Source of the DNA: an uncultured delta proteobacterium
GTDB lineage: Bacteria; Desulfobacterota; Binatia; Binatales; Binataceae
Direction: 5' to 3'
DNA length: 64,000 nt
Assembly: GCA_963765675.1 (NCBI GenBank)
Contig: CAVXXK010000001.1
Span: 416,001 to 480,000 of the forward strand
The translations under genes were made by a program, and so were the position numbers. Numbering within the stretch: the first letter of the stretch is position 1; each line of letters starts with the position of its first letter. The notes beneath the pieces are model-generated. The model saw only the letters and a list, made by a program, of their open reading frames with translations. It ran no database searches and had not been told where the DNA came from. Shown here one piece after another: positions 21,157 to 31,086 of this stretch.

Positions 21157-21177
21157 CTACACGGGCAAGGGTGCCTG

Positions 21178-22560
21178 ATGCTCGACCTCGCAATTGCAGG
21201 CGCGACCGCGGTGACGCCCGGCGGCGTGCTCGCGACAGACGTCGGCGTGCGCGCGGGCAAAATCGTTCAGGTCGTCGCGCCGGGAACTCTCGAAGCTGCG
21301 ACAACCACGATCGACGCGCGCGGGATGCTGCTGCTGCCGGGCGCGATCGATGCGCACACGCATCTCGATGCCGAGATGTACAACGCTCACACGATCGACG
21401 ACTTCGAGTCCGGCACCATCGCGGCGGCGGCTGGCGGCGTCACCTCGATTATCGACTACGCATTCCAACCCGAAGGCGGCACGCTTACCGACGCGATCGC
21501 CAAATGGCATGCGAAGGCTGATAGCCGCGCGGTAATCGACTACGGGTTTCATGTAGCCATCCTCGATCCGTCGCCGGCGACGATCGCGGAGATCGCTTCC
21601 ATAGCCGAGCGCGGCGTGACGAGCTTCAAGATTTTCATGATGCGCGGATTCGAAGCTCGCGCCCGCGATTTTATGCGCGCGTTTCGGGCTGTTGCCGATG
21701 CGGGTGCGATGCTCGCGATCCATGCCGAAGACGAGCACGTGATCGGATACTGCACCGAGCGGCTGCTGGGTGCCGGAAAATTTGAGGTGGCGAATTTTCC
21801 CGCCAGCCGCCCGCCGCTGTCGGAGGCCGCCGCCGTCGAGCGGGGGCTCGCGATGGCGTCGAGCGCAAATGCGCCCGCCTATTTCGTTCATCTGTCCACT
21901 GCCGGCGCGCTGAACGCGATTCGCCGTGCACGCGTCCGCGGGCAGGACGTACTCGCCGAGACGCGCCCGATATATCTCTACCTGACCGAAGAGCGGTTCC
22001 TCGAACCGCGCGGCGAGAAGTATGTTGGATTTCCGCCGCTCCGGTCCGAGCGCGATCGCGAGGCCGTGTGGGAAGGGATCGCCGACGGCACTATCGACGT
22101 GCTCGCGACGGACCATTGCAGTTGGAACCTTGCTCACAAGAGTGCGCCGGATCGTTTCAGCCGGATCCCGCCCGGCATGGCGAATCTCGAAACTCTGGTG
22201 CCGATGCTGTATTCCGAGGGCGTCGTGAAGCGCCGCCTGCCCCTGGCGCGCTTTGTCGATCTGATCGCCACGAATCCAGCGCGAATCTTCGGGCTGTATC
22301 CGCGCAAGGGGGTGATTGCCGAAGGCAGTGACGCGGATCTGATTGTGTTCGATCCAAATCGGCAGGTCGTGATTCGCAGCACCGAGATGCACTCGCGAGC
22401 GGACTACGACGTGTTCGAGGGCTTCGAGGTTACGGGATGGCCGCGGGAGACGATCGCGCGCGGCGAGGTGGTCGCGATCGATCGCAAACCCAGCGCCCGC
22501 GCCGGACGCGGGCGCTACCTCGAGCGCGCACGTTTCAATCCCGCGTGGCGAAGCCTGTAG
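21178..22560 (+). CDS. hydA: Dihydropyrimidinase / D-hydantoinase
   Basis: PGAIDAHTH, AAAAGGVT, SFKIFM, HAED, ATDHC, GLYPRKG. Confidence 0.85.
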   Translation: MLDLAIAGATAVTPGGVLATDVGVRAGKIVQVVAPGTLEAATTTIDARGMLLLPGAIDAHTHLDAEMYNAHTIDDFESGTIAAAAGGVTSIIDYAFQPEGGTLTDAIAKWHAKADSRAVIDYGFHVAILDPSPATIAEIASIAERGVTSFKIFMMRGFEARARDFMRAFRAVADAGAMLAIHAEDEHVIGYCTERLLGAGKFEVANFPASRPPLSEAAAVERGLAMASSANAPAYFVHLSTAGALNAIRRARVRGQDVLAETRPIYLYLTEERFLEPRGEKYVGFPPLRSERDREAVWEGIADGTIDVLATDHCSWNLAHKSAPDRFSRIPPGMANLETLVPMLYSEGVVKRRLPLARFVDLIATNPARIFGLYPRKGVIAEGSDADLIVFDPNRQVVIRSTEMHSRADYDVFEGFEVTGWPRETIARGEVVAIDRKPSARAGRGRYLERARFNPAWRSL

Positions 22561-22629
22561 GTTTTCGCCGTCAAATTTTTCCGCTTGTTCATTATTGCGC
22601 GTGGGGGCCTAATTGAGAGGGACGCGTGC

Positions 22630-23544
22630 ATGGACGAAAAGACTATTGCCGTCGCTGGAGGCTCGGGGTTCATCGGCCGCGCGATTGTGCGCCGGCTGGC
22701 CGCGATTGATTCACTCAAACTCCGCGTGCTGAGCCGCAACCCGGAGAAGGCGCGCACACAGCTCTGGGAGTCTCACGCGGAGTTCGTCGAGACCGACATC
22801 TCCAAGCCGGAATCCGTGCGCGCCGCACTCGACGGCGCCGCCGCCGTAATCGATGCGATCCAGTTCGACGGCTACCCGGTCGAGAATCCGCGCCGCGGGC
22901 TGACCTTCGAGCGAATCGATCTCGGCGGAGTGCTCGCGCTGATCGCGGCGGCCAAAGCAAACGACGTCAGGCAATTCATCTACATCAGTGGCGCGTCAGC
23001 CAACGAGACTTCAGCGCATCCGGGCTTTCGCGCCAAGGGCAAAGCGGAGCGCGCGATTCGCGAATCAGGACTCGACTACACGATCTTCCGGCCGTCGCTG
23101 GTGTACGGGCCGGAGGACGCGGTCGTCAACAATTTCGTCAAGCTGCTGAAATTCGCGCCGGTGTTCGCGGTGCCGGGAACCGGACGGCAGAAGGTGCAGC
23201 CGGTCCTGGTCGACGATCTGGCCGCGTGCGTCGCGCTCGCGATCTCCGGACGCGGAAAGAATGGCATCTACGAGGTCGGCGGTCCCGAGTTGATGACCTT
23301 TGACGAGATGATGCGAACTATCATGGAGGCGAGCGGGCATCGGCGTCCGATCGTCCACATTTCAGAGGGCTTGATGCGCGGGATCGGCGCGATCGCTGAG
23401 AAGCTGCCCAAGCCGATGCTGTCGCGCGACGCGGTCACCTTCGTCACCGCGGACAATGCCTGTGATATCGCGCCGCTGGTCGCGGAGTTCGGAATTCAGC
23501 TCACGCCGGCGCGCGTCGGGATGCGGTACCTGGCAAAGAAGTAA
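22630..23544 (+). CDS. NAD(P)-binding epimerase/NDUFA9-like protein
   Basis: GGSGFIG, RPSLVYG, QPVLVDD. Confidence 0.8.
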   Translation: MDEKTIAVAGGSGFIGRAIVRRLAAIDSLKLRVLSRNPEKARTQLWESHAEFVETDISKPESVRAALDGAAAVIDAIQFDGYPVENPRRGLTFERIDLGGVLALIAAAKANDVRQFIYISGASANETSAHPGFRAKGKAERAIRESGLDYTIFRPSLVYGPEDAVVNNFVKLLKFAPVFAVPGTGRQKVQPVLVDDLAACVALAISGRGKNGIYEVGGPELMTFDEMMRTIMEASGHRRPIVHISEGLMRGIGAIAEKLPKPMLSRDAVTFVTADNACDIAPLVAEFGIQLTPARVGMRYLAKK

Positions 23545-23551
23545 TTTCCCG

Positions 23552-24466
23552 CTACGCGCGGCGCCACCCGATATTTTCGTGGCCGAAATTGAACGCCTCG
23601 GGATGAAGCAGCTCGGCCAGGATCTCGAGCGACTCGACCAGGCGCGGGCCGGGGCGATTGAAGTATTGATTTCCGTCCGCAATGAACACGCGGCGCTCGC
23701 GTGCCGCGCGCAGCTTGCTCCATCGCGGATCGCGCGTCAGCGCGGGAAGCTCGATGAGCGTGCGTGCGATATCGAAGCCGCACGGCGAAATCATGATCAC
23801 TTCGGGATCGGCCGCCGCAAGCTCTTCGAACTTCATCCACGGCGAATGCTCGCCCGCGCGGCCGAAAAGATTGTCGCCGCCTGCCATCGCCGCCAACTCG
23901 GGCATCCAGTTGCCCGCCGACATCATCGGATCGATCCACTCGATACAGGCAAACGTCGGGCGCGTAGCGAGCACGCCGGCGCGCGCGGCGATCGCGTCCA
24001 TTCGATTGCGCATTTCCACTACCAGCGCGTCTCCACGCTCGGTGGCTCCCAGAGCCTTCGCGACGCGCTTGATGTCCGCGAAGACATCCGCCAGGGCATA
24101 GGGCGCGAGCGACACGATCCTGGGCAGAATACCGAGCCACTGCGCGACCGCAGCCTCGACGTCGCGCTCGCTGACCGCGCAAACCTCGCATTGCGATTGC
24201 GTGACGATAACCTCGGGACGAAGGTCACGCAGCCGGTCCGCATCGACCCGATACACCGACAGCGCGTCGCCGACGATCTGCTTCACGCGCTGGTCGATCT
24301 CGGCGCTGGTGCCTTCGACTTTGAATTTGGGTTCAGTAAGCGCGGGCAACTTTGCGATGCTCGACGGATAGTCGCATTCATGCGAGCGGCCAACCAGATC
24401 ATTTTCAAACCCGAGCGCGCAGACGATCTCGGTCGCGCTCGGCAGCAGGGTTACGATTCGATGCAT
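23552..24466 (-). CDS. BtuF-like (TroA fold) binding protein without signal peptide
   Basis: RIVTLLPSATEIV, SHECDYP, QCEVCAV, FNRPGPRL. Confidence 0.8.
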   Translation of the reverse strand: MHRIVTLLPSATEIVCALGFENDLVGRSHECDYPSSIAKLPALTEPKFKVEGTSAEIDQRVKQIVGDALSVYRVDADRLRDLRPEVIVTQSQCEVCAVSERDVEAAVAQWLGILPRIVSLAPYALADVFADIKRVAKALGATERGDALVVEMRNRMDAIAARAGVLATRPTFACIEWIDPMMSAGNWMPELAAMAGGDNLFGRAGEHSPWMKFEELAAADPEVIMISPCGFDIARTLIELPALTRDPRWSKLRAARERRVFIADGNQYFNRPGPRLVESLEILAELLHPEAFNFGHENIGWRRA

Positions 24467-24483
24467 CTTGTAATCCCGGGGTT

Positions 24484-24915
24484 CTATTGCGGCGTACGAG
24501 TTGATCCGATCTCGTCGAGGCCGGTAGCGCGATCGACCTTGGTGAGCGTGACCTGGCTCGATGCGAGTCCGCCCGAAACAACTTCGCGCACGAAGTAATC
24601 GTTCTCGGGCCGCGCCTCAAAGATGACCGGAGCGGTGCCCGCGCTCGCGGCGGAGCATTTGATCGTTCCCGGCGCCTCGACGAAAGCGTGATAACCACCT
24701 GACCCGATCGCGATCGTGTCGCTGCCGCAGGTTATATCAGGTTCGTCGCTCGCGCCAAAAAACTGATACGGGCGATAGACATAGACGACCGCCTTGGTGC
24801 TCGGACGCGCCATCCGCGTGAACGCCGGCCCCTCGACCTCGCATCCGGCGAAGATAAGGATCGCGATCATCGACGCGGCGAATTTCCCGAAGTTCCTGGA
24901 ATGGATTGATCTCAT
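24484..24915 (-). CDS. Putative lipoprotein (DUF2846-like)
   Basis: Lipobox FAGC followed by AVVYVYRP. Confidence 0.6.
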   Translation of the reverse strand: MRSIHSRNFGKFAASMIAILIFAGCEVEGPAFTRMARPSTKAVVYVYRPYQFFGASDEPDITCGSDTIAIGSGGYHAFVEAPGTIKCSAASAGTAPVIFEARPENDYFVREVVSGGLASSQVTLTKVDRATGLDEIGSTRTPQ

Positions 24916-24977
24916 CGTTTCCGATTCGGCTCCTGCGCGCGATTCTAATCGCGCCGTGCCTGAATGCGAAACGGCGA

Positions 24978-25796
24978 TCATCCGCCCGGCTTGACCGCGC
25001 GCACGTAAAAGAACAGCGGCATATGCTCGCGCCATCGCACAAGCCATGGATTCGCGCGGCAGGCTTCTTCGGTGGGACGCGGTTCGTGAATTTCTTTCAG
25101 CGCGAAGCCGGCGGCAACGACCGGGTTGATGTAGTCCGAAAGGATACGATCGAAACGCGGCACGGAAAAATCTTCAACTTGCGGAGCGCCCGGTGCTTTC
25201 GAGAACTTCCATCGCTCAATCCACGGTTGATTGTTGAAGTACTCGGCCCCGGTGTATCCGGTCTCGCGTCCACTCTCGTCATGAATCCATCTGAACCCGC
25301 GAGTCATGAAACAAGGATGAATGATGCTGAAACAAAGCTGAGCGCCGGGGCGCATCACGCGAAAGATCTCGCGCATCGCGGACGGGAAATCGGGTCCGTC
25401 CATCAATGCCATGAACGACACTGCGGCGTCGAACGAATCCGCCGCGAATTGCGGCATCGCGGTGTATGATGCGACTTGGTACTGGATCCCAAGCGGCTCG
25501 CGGCGCTCCTCCTCGCGCGCCAACTCGATCATCCTGCTCGAGATGTCCGCGCCGATCATCTTTGCGCCGCGCCGCGCCAGGATGCGCGTGTTGTGCCCCT
25601 CGCCGCATCCGGCGTCGAGGACGCGCTTACCGGCCAGATCACCGATAAAGGCGATGAACGCCGGATTGTTGTAGTGCTCGCGATAAACGTCGTGTCCGGC
25701 GCGAACCTCGGCGGCCCACAGGTCGGCGTTGCGATTCCAGTTATCGGCGACTTCGGCGGCGGAAATCCCTGAAGGCGGCTCGTCGATTTTGCGCAC
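24978..25796 (-). CDS. Class I SAM-dependent methyltransferase
   Basis: VLDAGCGEG, FSIIHPCF; AAGGAGG RBS before GTG 25796. Confidence 0.85.
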   Translation of the reverse strand: MRKIDEPPSGISAAEVADNWNRNADLWAAEVRAGHDVYREHYNNPAFIAFIGDLAGKRVLDAGCGEGHNTRILARRGAKMIGADISSRMIELAREEERREPLGIQYQVASYTAMPQFAADSFDAAVSFMALMDGPDFPSAMREIFRVMRPGAQLCFSIIHPCFMTRGFRWIHDESGRETGYTGAEYFNNQPWIERWKFSKAPGAPQVEDFSVPRFDRILSDYINPVVAAGFALKEIHEPRPTEEACRANPWLVRWREHMPLFFYVRAVKPGG

Positions 25797-25833
25797 GCGG
25801 ATCCTCCTTGTTGCACGAGACGACGCATAGCGG

Positions 25834-25860
25834 AAAAGAAAAGGGCCGAAATCTCGGCCC
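25834..25860 (-). terminator. Intrinsic terminator upstream of the methyltransferase gene
   Basis: gggccga-gatt-tcggccc followed by ttttctttt on the minus strand. Confidence 0.65.
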
Positions 25861-25910
25861 ATCGTTTCCGCACCGTCGGTGCGTTTTTCGGTCATCCTTA
25901 GGGTTTGGTG

Positions 25911-25939
25911 AATTTATACGAAATGCTCAACGTTGACAA
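25911..25939 (-). promoter_or_regulatory. Sigma70-like promoter
   Basis: TTGTCA-17 bp-TAAATT on the minus strand in an AT-rich patch. Confidence 0.5.
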
Positions 25940-25996
25940 CGATTCTGCGCAACCGGATTCTCGACGGATGACTCAACCTCGCGCAGTTCTCACCTC

Positions 25997-27310
25997 ATGA
26001 GCGCGCCGATCCACGCCGTCGGGCTGGATTTCGGCACCACCAACAGCGCGATCGCGATCATCGGCGGCGACGGCGCGGTGCGCCTGGCGCGCTTTGCCGC
26101 CGACATCGCGGACGCGCCCGAGACCGAAACCTTTCGCTCGATTCTGTTTTTCGAATCGACCGAAGAAACCGGCGGCACTGAGGCGGCGCTGTCGGTCGGC
26201 AACGACGCGATCCGCCGCTACCTTGCCGCGGGCGGCAACGGCAGGCTCATCCAGTCGCTCAAGTCGTTTCTGGCTGATCGAACGTTCCAATCTACCGACA
26301 TCATGGGCGAAGACTATTCGCTCGGAGATCTGATCGCGCCGATTCTGATCAAGCTGCGCCAGAGCGCGGAAGCGCAGTTCGGACCGCTGCCAGCGCGTAT
26401 CGTCGTCGGTCGCCCGGTGCATTTTTCCGACGCACAAACCTCTGCCGACGACGACGCGGCGCGCGCCCGCCTTGACGTTGCGGTCCGGCGCGCGGGCTGG
26501 GACGAAGTTGTGTTCGAGTACGAGCCGGTCGCTGCGGCGTATGACTACGCGAGCCGAATCAGTCGCGACGAGACGGTGATGATCGCGGACTTCGGCGGAG
26601 GCACCAGCGACTTCTCGATCCTGCGGCTCAAGGCTCCGCGCGCAGGCTCGGCGGAGCCGCGCGAGCGATTCGAGATTCTTGGCAACGACGGCGTCGCGAT
26701 CGCGGGCGACGCATTTGACGGGCGGATGATCCATCACATCGTCGCGCCAGCGCTCGGACGCGGCTCGAAGTATCGCTCGCCATACGGTGCGACGTTGCCC
26801 GCGCCGACCTGGCCGTACGCAAGGCTCGAGCGATGGCATCATCTGTCGATGCTCAAGACGCGCGCGACGCTGTTTCGGCTGCGCGAGCTCGAACGCGAGT
26901 CGCTCGAGCCGGCGAAGATCGCGGCGCTGATCAACGTGATCGACAGTGACCTGGGCTACTACATATTTCGCGAGATCGAACGCACCAAGCTCGCGCTATC
27001 GGACGATGAATCCGCCGAGTTCGACTTTACCGATGGGCCGACCGAGATCCGCCGCGTGATTGCGCGCGGCGAACTCAACGACTGGATCGCGCGCCTGCTC
27101 GCCGAGATCGCGGGATGCGTTGATCGGCTGATGCGGACGGTCGCGATCGATCGTAAAGCAATCGATAGCGTATTTCTGACCGGTGGCTCGTCGTTCGTGC
27201 CCGCGGTCCGGCGAATATTTGAAGAGCGCTTCGGCGCGGACAAAATCCGGATGGGCAACGAATTCACCTCGGTCGCCCGCGGGCTCGCGCTACGCGCGCT
27301 GGAGACCTGA
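25997..27310 (+). CDS. Hsp70 family protein (YegD-like)
   Basis: GLDFGTTNS, GRPVHF, YEPVAAA, DFGGGTSDF, FLTGGSS; lacks a substrate-binding domain. Confidence 0.88.
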   Translation: MSAPIHAVGLDFGTTNSAIAIIGGDGAVRLARFAADIADAPETETFRSILFFESTEETGGTEAALSVGNDAIRRYLAAGGNGRLIQSLKSFLADRTFQSTDIMGEDYSLGDLIAPILIKLRQSAEAQFGPLPARIVVGRPVHFSDAQTSADDDAARARLDVAVRRAGWDEVVFEYEPVAAAYDYASRISRDETVMIADFGGGTSDFSILRLKAPRAGSAEPRERFEILGNDGVAIAGDAFDGRMIHHIVAPALGRGSKYRSPYGATLPAPTWPYARLERWHHLSMLKTRATLFRLRELERESLEPAKIAALINVIDSDLGYYIFREIERTKLALSDDESAEFDFTDGPTEIRRVIARGELNDWIARLLAEIAGCVDRLMRTVAIDRKAIDSVFLTGGSSFVPAVRRIFEERFGADKIRMGNEFTSVARGLALRALET

Positions 27311-27416
27311 GAGTCGTCATTGTGAGGCCGCCATCGACGGCGGGCGAGCCGCGGCGGTGTTTCTCGCGCGGCGACCCGTGAGGCGGCGTCCGCTACTGCT
27401 GTGCCCGAACGCTCGC

Positions 27417-28175
27417 TCAAGCGGCGGCGTGCGGATAGCCGGAAGTCAGCGCGGGAAGTGCGATTCCGAGCTGCTCGCAGCGCTTGCTAATCATCGCGAG
27501 GTACAGGTCGGCGAGTTCCTGGTTGTCGCGCGTCTTGAGGCCGTATCGAATACAATCGTAAGTGAAGCCCGTCCCCGGCGGTCCGAAAAAATTAACCGCG
27601 CGCGGAAGCCATTCGCGCAATGCCGCGCCGACTCGATCCGCGCCAAAGTGCTCCACCGCCTCGCCCAGTTGATGGCTCGCGAAGACTTCGTGATCGGCTT
27701 CTTCTTCCAGGATTATCTCGGCCGCGCTCGCATGCGGCGCGTAGCTCGAATCGCGGTAGTTCACGCCGATCATGATTAGGCCAGTCGCGTCGAGCGCGAG
27801 CGCCGCCATCAGCAGATCGAGCTCGTCGGCCGCGTGCTGCGCAAAATGCACTGCGGCCGCGAACGAAGGCGCCTTGACGATCGTGATCATCGCGCGGTCG
27901 GCCTGCTGCTCGGTCACGCCCAGCTCGGCCAGCGCGCGATAGACCAGCCGCGCGTGCTTCTTCTCTTCGCGGAAATTCTTTTCGAGCGTCGGTCGCAGCA
28001 CGGGATTGTCGATGGTCTCGATCGCCTGCTGGTAGCCGAGCGCGGTCAGTTTTTCGGCAAACGCATGCGCGGAGAGCAGGCGCACCAGGATCTTGCGGTA
28101 GTGGCTGTCGATGCTGCCGCTTAGAACCGCGGCCGCATCGATCGATCGCGGGGGATACTCACGCCGGATCGGCAT
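27417..28175 (-). CDS. Ferritin-like di-iron protein (PaaA/PaaC-like)
   Basis: Two ExxH motifs (EEKKH, EEADH); WLPRAVNFFGP and GLKTRDNQEL resemble the PaaA C-terminus. Confidence 0.65.
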   Translation of the reverse strand: MPIRREYPPRSIDAAAVLSGSIDSHYRKILVRLLSAHAFAEKLTALGYQQAIETIDNPVLRPTLEKNFREEKKHARLVYRALAELGVTEQQADRAMITIVKAPSFAAAVHFAQHAADELDLLMAALALDATGLIMIGVNYRDSSYAPHASAAEIILEEEADHEVFASHQLGEAVEHFGADRVGAALREWLPRAVNFFGPPGTGFTYDCIRYGLKTRDNQELADLYLAMISKRCEQLGIALPALTSGYPHAAA

Positions 28176-28187
28176 CGCCGCACCTTG

Positions 28188-28631
28188 TTACGTCGCGTGA
28201 CCGTTCTTCGAGGGCAGGATCACGGTCGCGCTGCCGGGAGTGGTCTTTTCGCCCTTCGCATTTTCGAGCCAGATTTCGCAATCGACCATGTGATGTCCGT
28301 GCTCGGAATATTTCTTCGCGACCTTGCCGCGGCACACGACCTTGGTCCCGGGCTGATCCATCCCGCGATAAGTCACCGAGAGTTTGCGGACCCATCCGTG
28401 CTCGCCCGCGAAATCGGTCACGAGGCGGCCCAGGAACGCGTTCTTCAGCGCGCCGTGCAGGATTACACCCGGCAACTTGTTGGCGAGCGCAAAATCCTTG
28501 TCGTAATGAATCTGGTAGAAATCGCCCGAGGCGCCCGCGTACTTCACCAGCTGCTGGGTGGTCGGGTGTATTTCGAGCGGCCCAATTTCCGCGCCCACTT
28601 CGATATCTTCAATGTAGTGCTGCTTCGTCAT
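28188..28631 (-). CDS. MaoC/HadB-like hot-dog dehydratase
   Basis: YAGASGDFYQIHYD, LPGVILHG. Confidence 0.88.
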   Translation of the reverse strand: MTKQHYIEDIEVGAEIGPLEIHPTTQQLVKYAGASGDFYQIHYDKDFALANKLPGVILHGALKNAFLGRLVTDFAGEHGWVRKLSVTYRGMDQPGTKVVCRGKVAKKYSEHGHHMVDCEIWLENAKGEKTTPGSATVILPSKNGHAT

Positions 28632-28663
28632 CGTGGTTAACCTCGCGTGGTAACGGCCGCGGC

Positions 28664-29119
28664 CTAGTAGCGAATTCCGGTCGAGCGCTGCGTCGCGCAC
28701 ACTTCGCCGAACTGGTTGGTGTAAGTCGTCTCCATCGTGATGAACACCATCACGCCGAGCCGCCCTTCCGATTCGCGCAGATCGGCCAGGCGGGTCTGCA
28801 CGCTGATACGGTCGCCGACTTTAATCGGATGGAAATATTCCCAGTCCGAGCCGCCGTCGAGTCCGCGAAATTCCTTGCCCATCCCCGGCAGCTCGATTCC
28901 CGGAATCGGCGAGCCCATCGAGCGGCAGAACGTCGGTGGCGCGATCATCCCGCCGAAGCGGGTCTTGCGCGCCTCACGCTCGTCGTTGAAGAGCGGGTTC
29001 GGATCGCCTATCGCCTCGGCGAAGCGGCGAATCGCGCCGCGCTCAACCTCGTAGGTGCGAATCTCGCCGGTCGTGCCGATCTGCTTGCGGACTTCGTCGG
29101 TAACGTATTTGTTCGCCAT
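28664..29119 (-). CDS. MaoC-N/HadA-like hot-dog subunit
   Basis: VERGAIRRFAEAIGDPNP, IAPPTF. Confidence 0.85.
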   Translation of the reverse strand: MANKYVTDEVRKQIGTTGEIRTYEVERGAIRRFAEAIGDPNPLFNDEREARKTRFGGMIAPPTFCRSMGSPIPGIELPGMGKEFRGLDGGSDWEYFHPIKVGDRISVQTRLADLRESEGRLGVMVFITMETTYTNQFGEVCATQRSTGIRY

Positions 29120-29260
29120 GACCTGTTTCCTTTTCCCGAACTGGCTGCCCCTTTTATTACCACAGCCTGCGGCCGGGCCGATAACTCTTCATAGCGGCCC
29201 GCGGCTAGTGCGGCTACGATCAAGATACGCGCGGCGCTCGCCGCGCCGGAGGTGCATCGG

Positions 29261-29557
29261 ATGGCAAAGCTCGACGCCGGACAGATTTCATCGAAGCTCT
29301 CCGCGCTTCCCGGATGGGAGCATCGGCAGGACGCGATTGCCAAGCAATTCGAATTCAAGGAATTCATGGACGCGATTCGCTTTGTCGAAAAGATCGCCAA
29401 GATCGCGGAAGCCGCCGACCATCATCCCGACATGCTGATCAACTATCGGCGCGTGACTTTCACCTGCTCGACACACGATCAGGGCGGTATCACCGAGAAG
29501 GATTTTCGCCTCGCCGCGAATATCGAGGCCGCGTACAAATCCGCGCACGGAAAATAA
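29261..29557 (+). CDS. phhB: Pterin-4a-carbinolamine dehydratase
   Basis: AEAADHHPD, STHDQGGITEKDF. Confidence 0.9.
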   Translation: MAKLDAGQISSKLSALPGWEHRQDAIAKQFEFKEFMDAIRFVEKIAKIAEAADHHPDMLINYRRVTFTCSTHDQGGITEKDFRLAANIEAAYKSAHGK

Positions 29558-29579
29558 TTCGCGCGGATCGGCGGAACGA

Positions 29580-30263
29580 TTAATCTCGGGCAAAGATAAG
29601 CCCGGTAGCCTTCGCCAGATCGTCCAGCGCCTGCGCCTCGGTGACGACCTTGATCGCCGTCATGCCGAGTTGCGCCGCGGGCTTGCAGTTGACACCCAGG
29701 TCGTCGAGATAAACGCACGCCTGCGGCTTGACCGCGAGCAGCTCGCACATCATCAGGTAGATTCTCGGGTCGGGCTTGCGGATGCCGGCCTTCGAGCTTT
29801 CGATGATCGCGTCGAAGTACTGCATGATATCGCGAGCGCGCGTGGCGCCCTGCGGGCTCGCCGCCATCCCGGGGCCGTGGCCCTGCGGCATGTTGTTGGT
29901 GATGCATCCGAGCTTGAAGTGGCGCTTGCACACCAGCAGCGCCGCGACCATCCGCGGCCGCACATCGCCTGACAGCAGCGGCAGGATTTCCGCGCCGCGC
30001 ACGGGATGACCGAGCGCGGTCGATTCCTCGAGGTACTTGCGGTCGAAGCCGTGCGCGTCGATCTCCGCGCGTTCGAACAGCGCCCACGCGTTGGAATCGG
30101 GATTGGTCGAGTTGACTTTGCGGATATGATCGCGCGGGATCCCGCGCTGGATTTCATAGCGACTGAAAGCCTCGAACGGAGAAGTCGTAAACACACCCCC
30201 GAAATCCCAAATCACCCCCTCGATCGCCACGCTGCCTTTCTCCTCGTCCCTGTTGCTCGTCAC
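29580..30263 (-). CDS. HAD-IA hydrolase (epoxide-hydrolase N-terminal-like)
   Basis: WDFGGV, ITNN, RKPDPRIY, LDDLGVN. Confidence 0.88.
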   Translation of the reverse strand: MTSNRDEEKGSVAIEGVIWDFGGVFTTSPFEAFSRYEIQRGIPRDHIRKVNSTNPDSNAWALFERAEIDAHGFDRKYLEESTALGHPVRGAEILPLLSGDVRPRMVAALLVCKRHFKLGCITNNMPQGHGPGMAASPQGATRARDIMQYFDAIIESSKAGIRKPDPRIYLMMCELLAVKPQACVYLDDLGVNCKPAAQLGMTAIKVVTEAQALDDLAKATGLIFARD

Positions 30264-30440
30264 TCAAATCCAGATCGCGATACCGATGCAAGCGGCGCCT
30301 CGCAATCGTCTAGATCGGCGACCCTGCTGTCGCGCGGGCCTCATCCGTTGATCCGCTTCTGGCTCGGTACTCACCACCAGTTCGCTAATTCTTCGCAAAC
30401 CTCCGCAGGTTCGAATGAGAAACGACACCCCGGAATACGT

Positions 30441-30477
30441 AAAAAAGAACGGGCAGTCTATCGAGAGGCTGCCCGTT
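30441..30477 (-). terminator. Intrinsic terminator closing the low-GC islet
   Basis: aacgggcag stem, loop, ctgcccgtt, then cttttttt-like U tract on the minus strand. Confidence 0.65.
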
Positions 30478-30499
30478 TCAGGTCAAATGACGCCTATCG

Positions 30500-31085
30500 C
30501 TAGGATCTTAATGTGACTCGGTGAACTATGACACTCAGAAATTCCGATGCAAGCCACTTAGAAAACTGCTTTTTGTCTGACAGCAATAGAGGAATCTCTT
30601 CGCGGCCAAAATTTAACTGATCCAGCTTTTCAGTGGCTTTTTCGGCCTCTTGTTGCACCCTTGCTATCACTGATTTCTCTGTGATTTCGCGTACCATAAA
30701 TTTCAAAGGCTCCTGAATATTGGACGAATTCCTTCTACCACTAATTCGATATAATAGACCAGTGATCGTCCAGCAAAACTCGCGCCAAGGCCGCGGCATA
30801 AGGTCTATGAAGGCTTGGATGGATATGCTGCCTGCTGTGAATCATTTTGCTGAATCTGCTGGAGCGAAACAGTGCGAGAGTTAACGATGCCTCAATGTCA
30901 CTTGGCAGCGGAGGCGTAGAGATGAGCGTTGGCGGAGACATCACAAGAGCGAAAATTGCTGCATACACTATTTTCGCTACTCCAATTAATTCACTGGTGT
31001 GGTTTTGATAGTCCGAGTAAAGACTTTGACTTTGGAGGTTACTTCGATCCTGGTGGGTCGAAATCGGCTGATGAGTCGACGCCAT
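30500..31085 (-). CDS. Hypothetical protein(s): overlapping ORFs 30741-31085 and 30500-30799, possibly one frameshifted gene
   Basis: Low-GC ORFs; the first starts 1 nt after the upstream stop and the second ends just before the terminator; no motif recognised. Confidence 0.35.
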
Positions 31086-31086
31086 T

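Noticed and set aside
30405-30416. gcaggttcgaat, resembling a tRNA T-loop (possible att site) at the islet edge
   Set aside because: No complementary T-stem, acceptor stem or second copy follows
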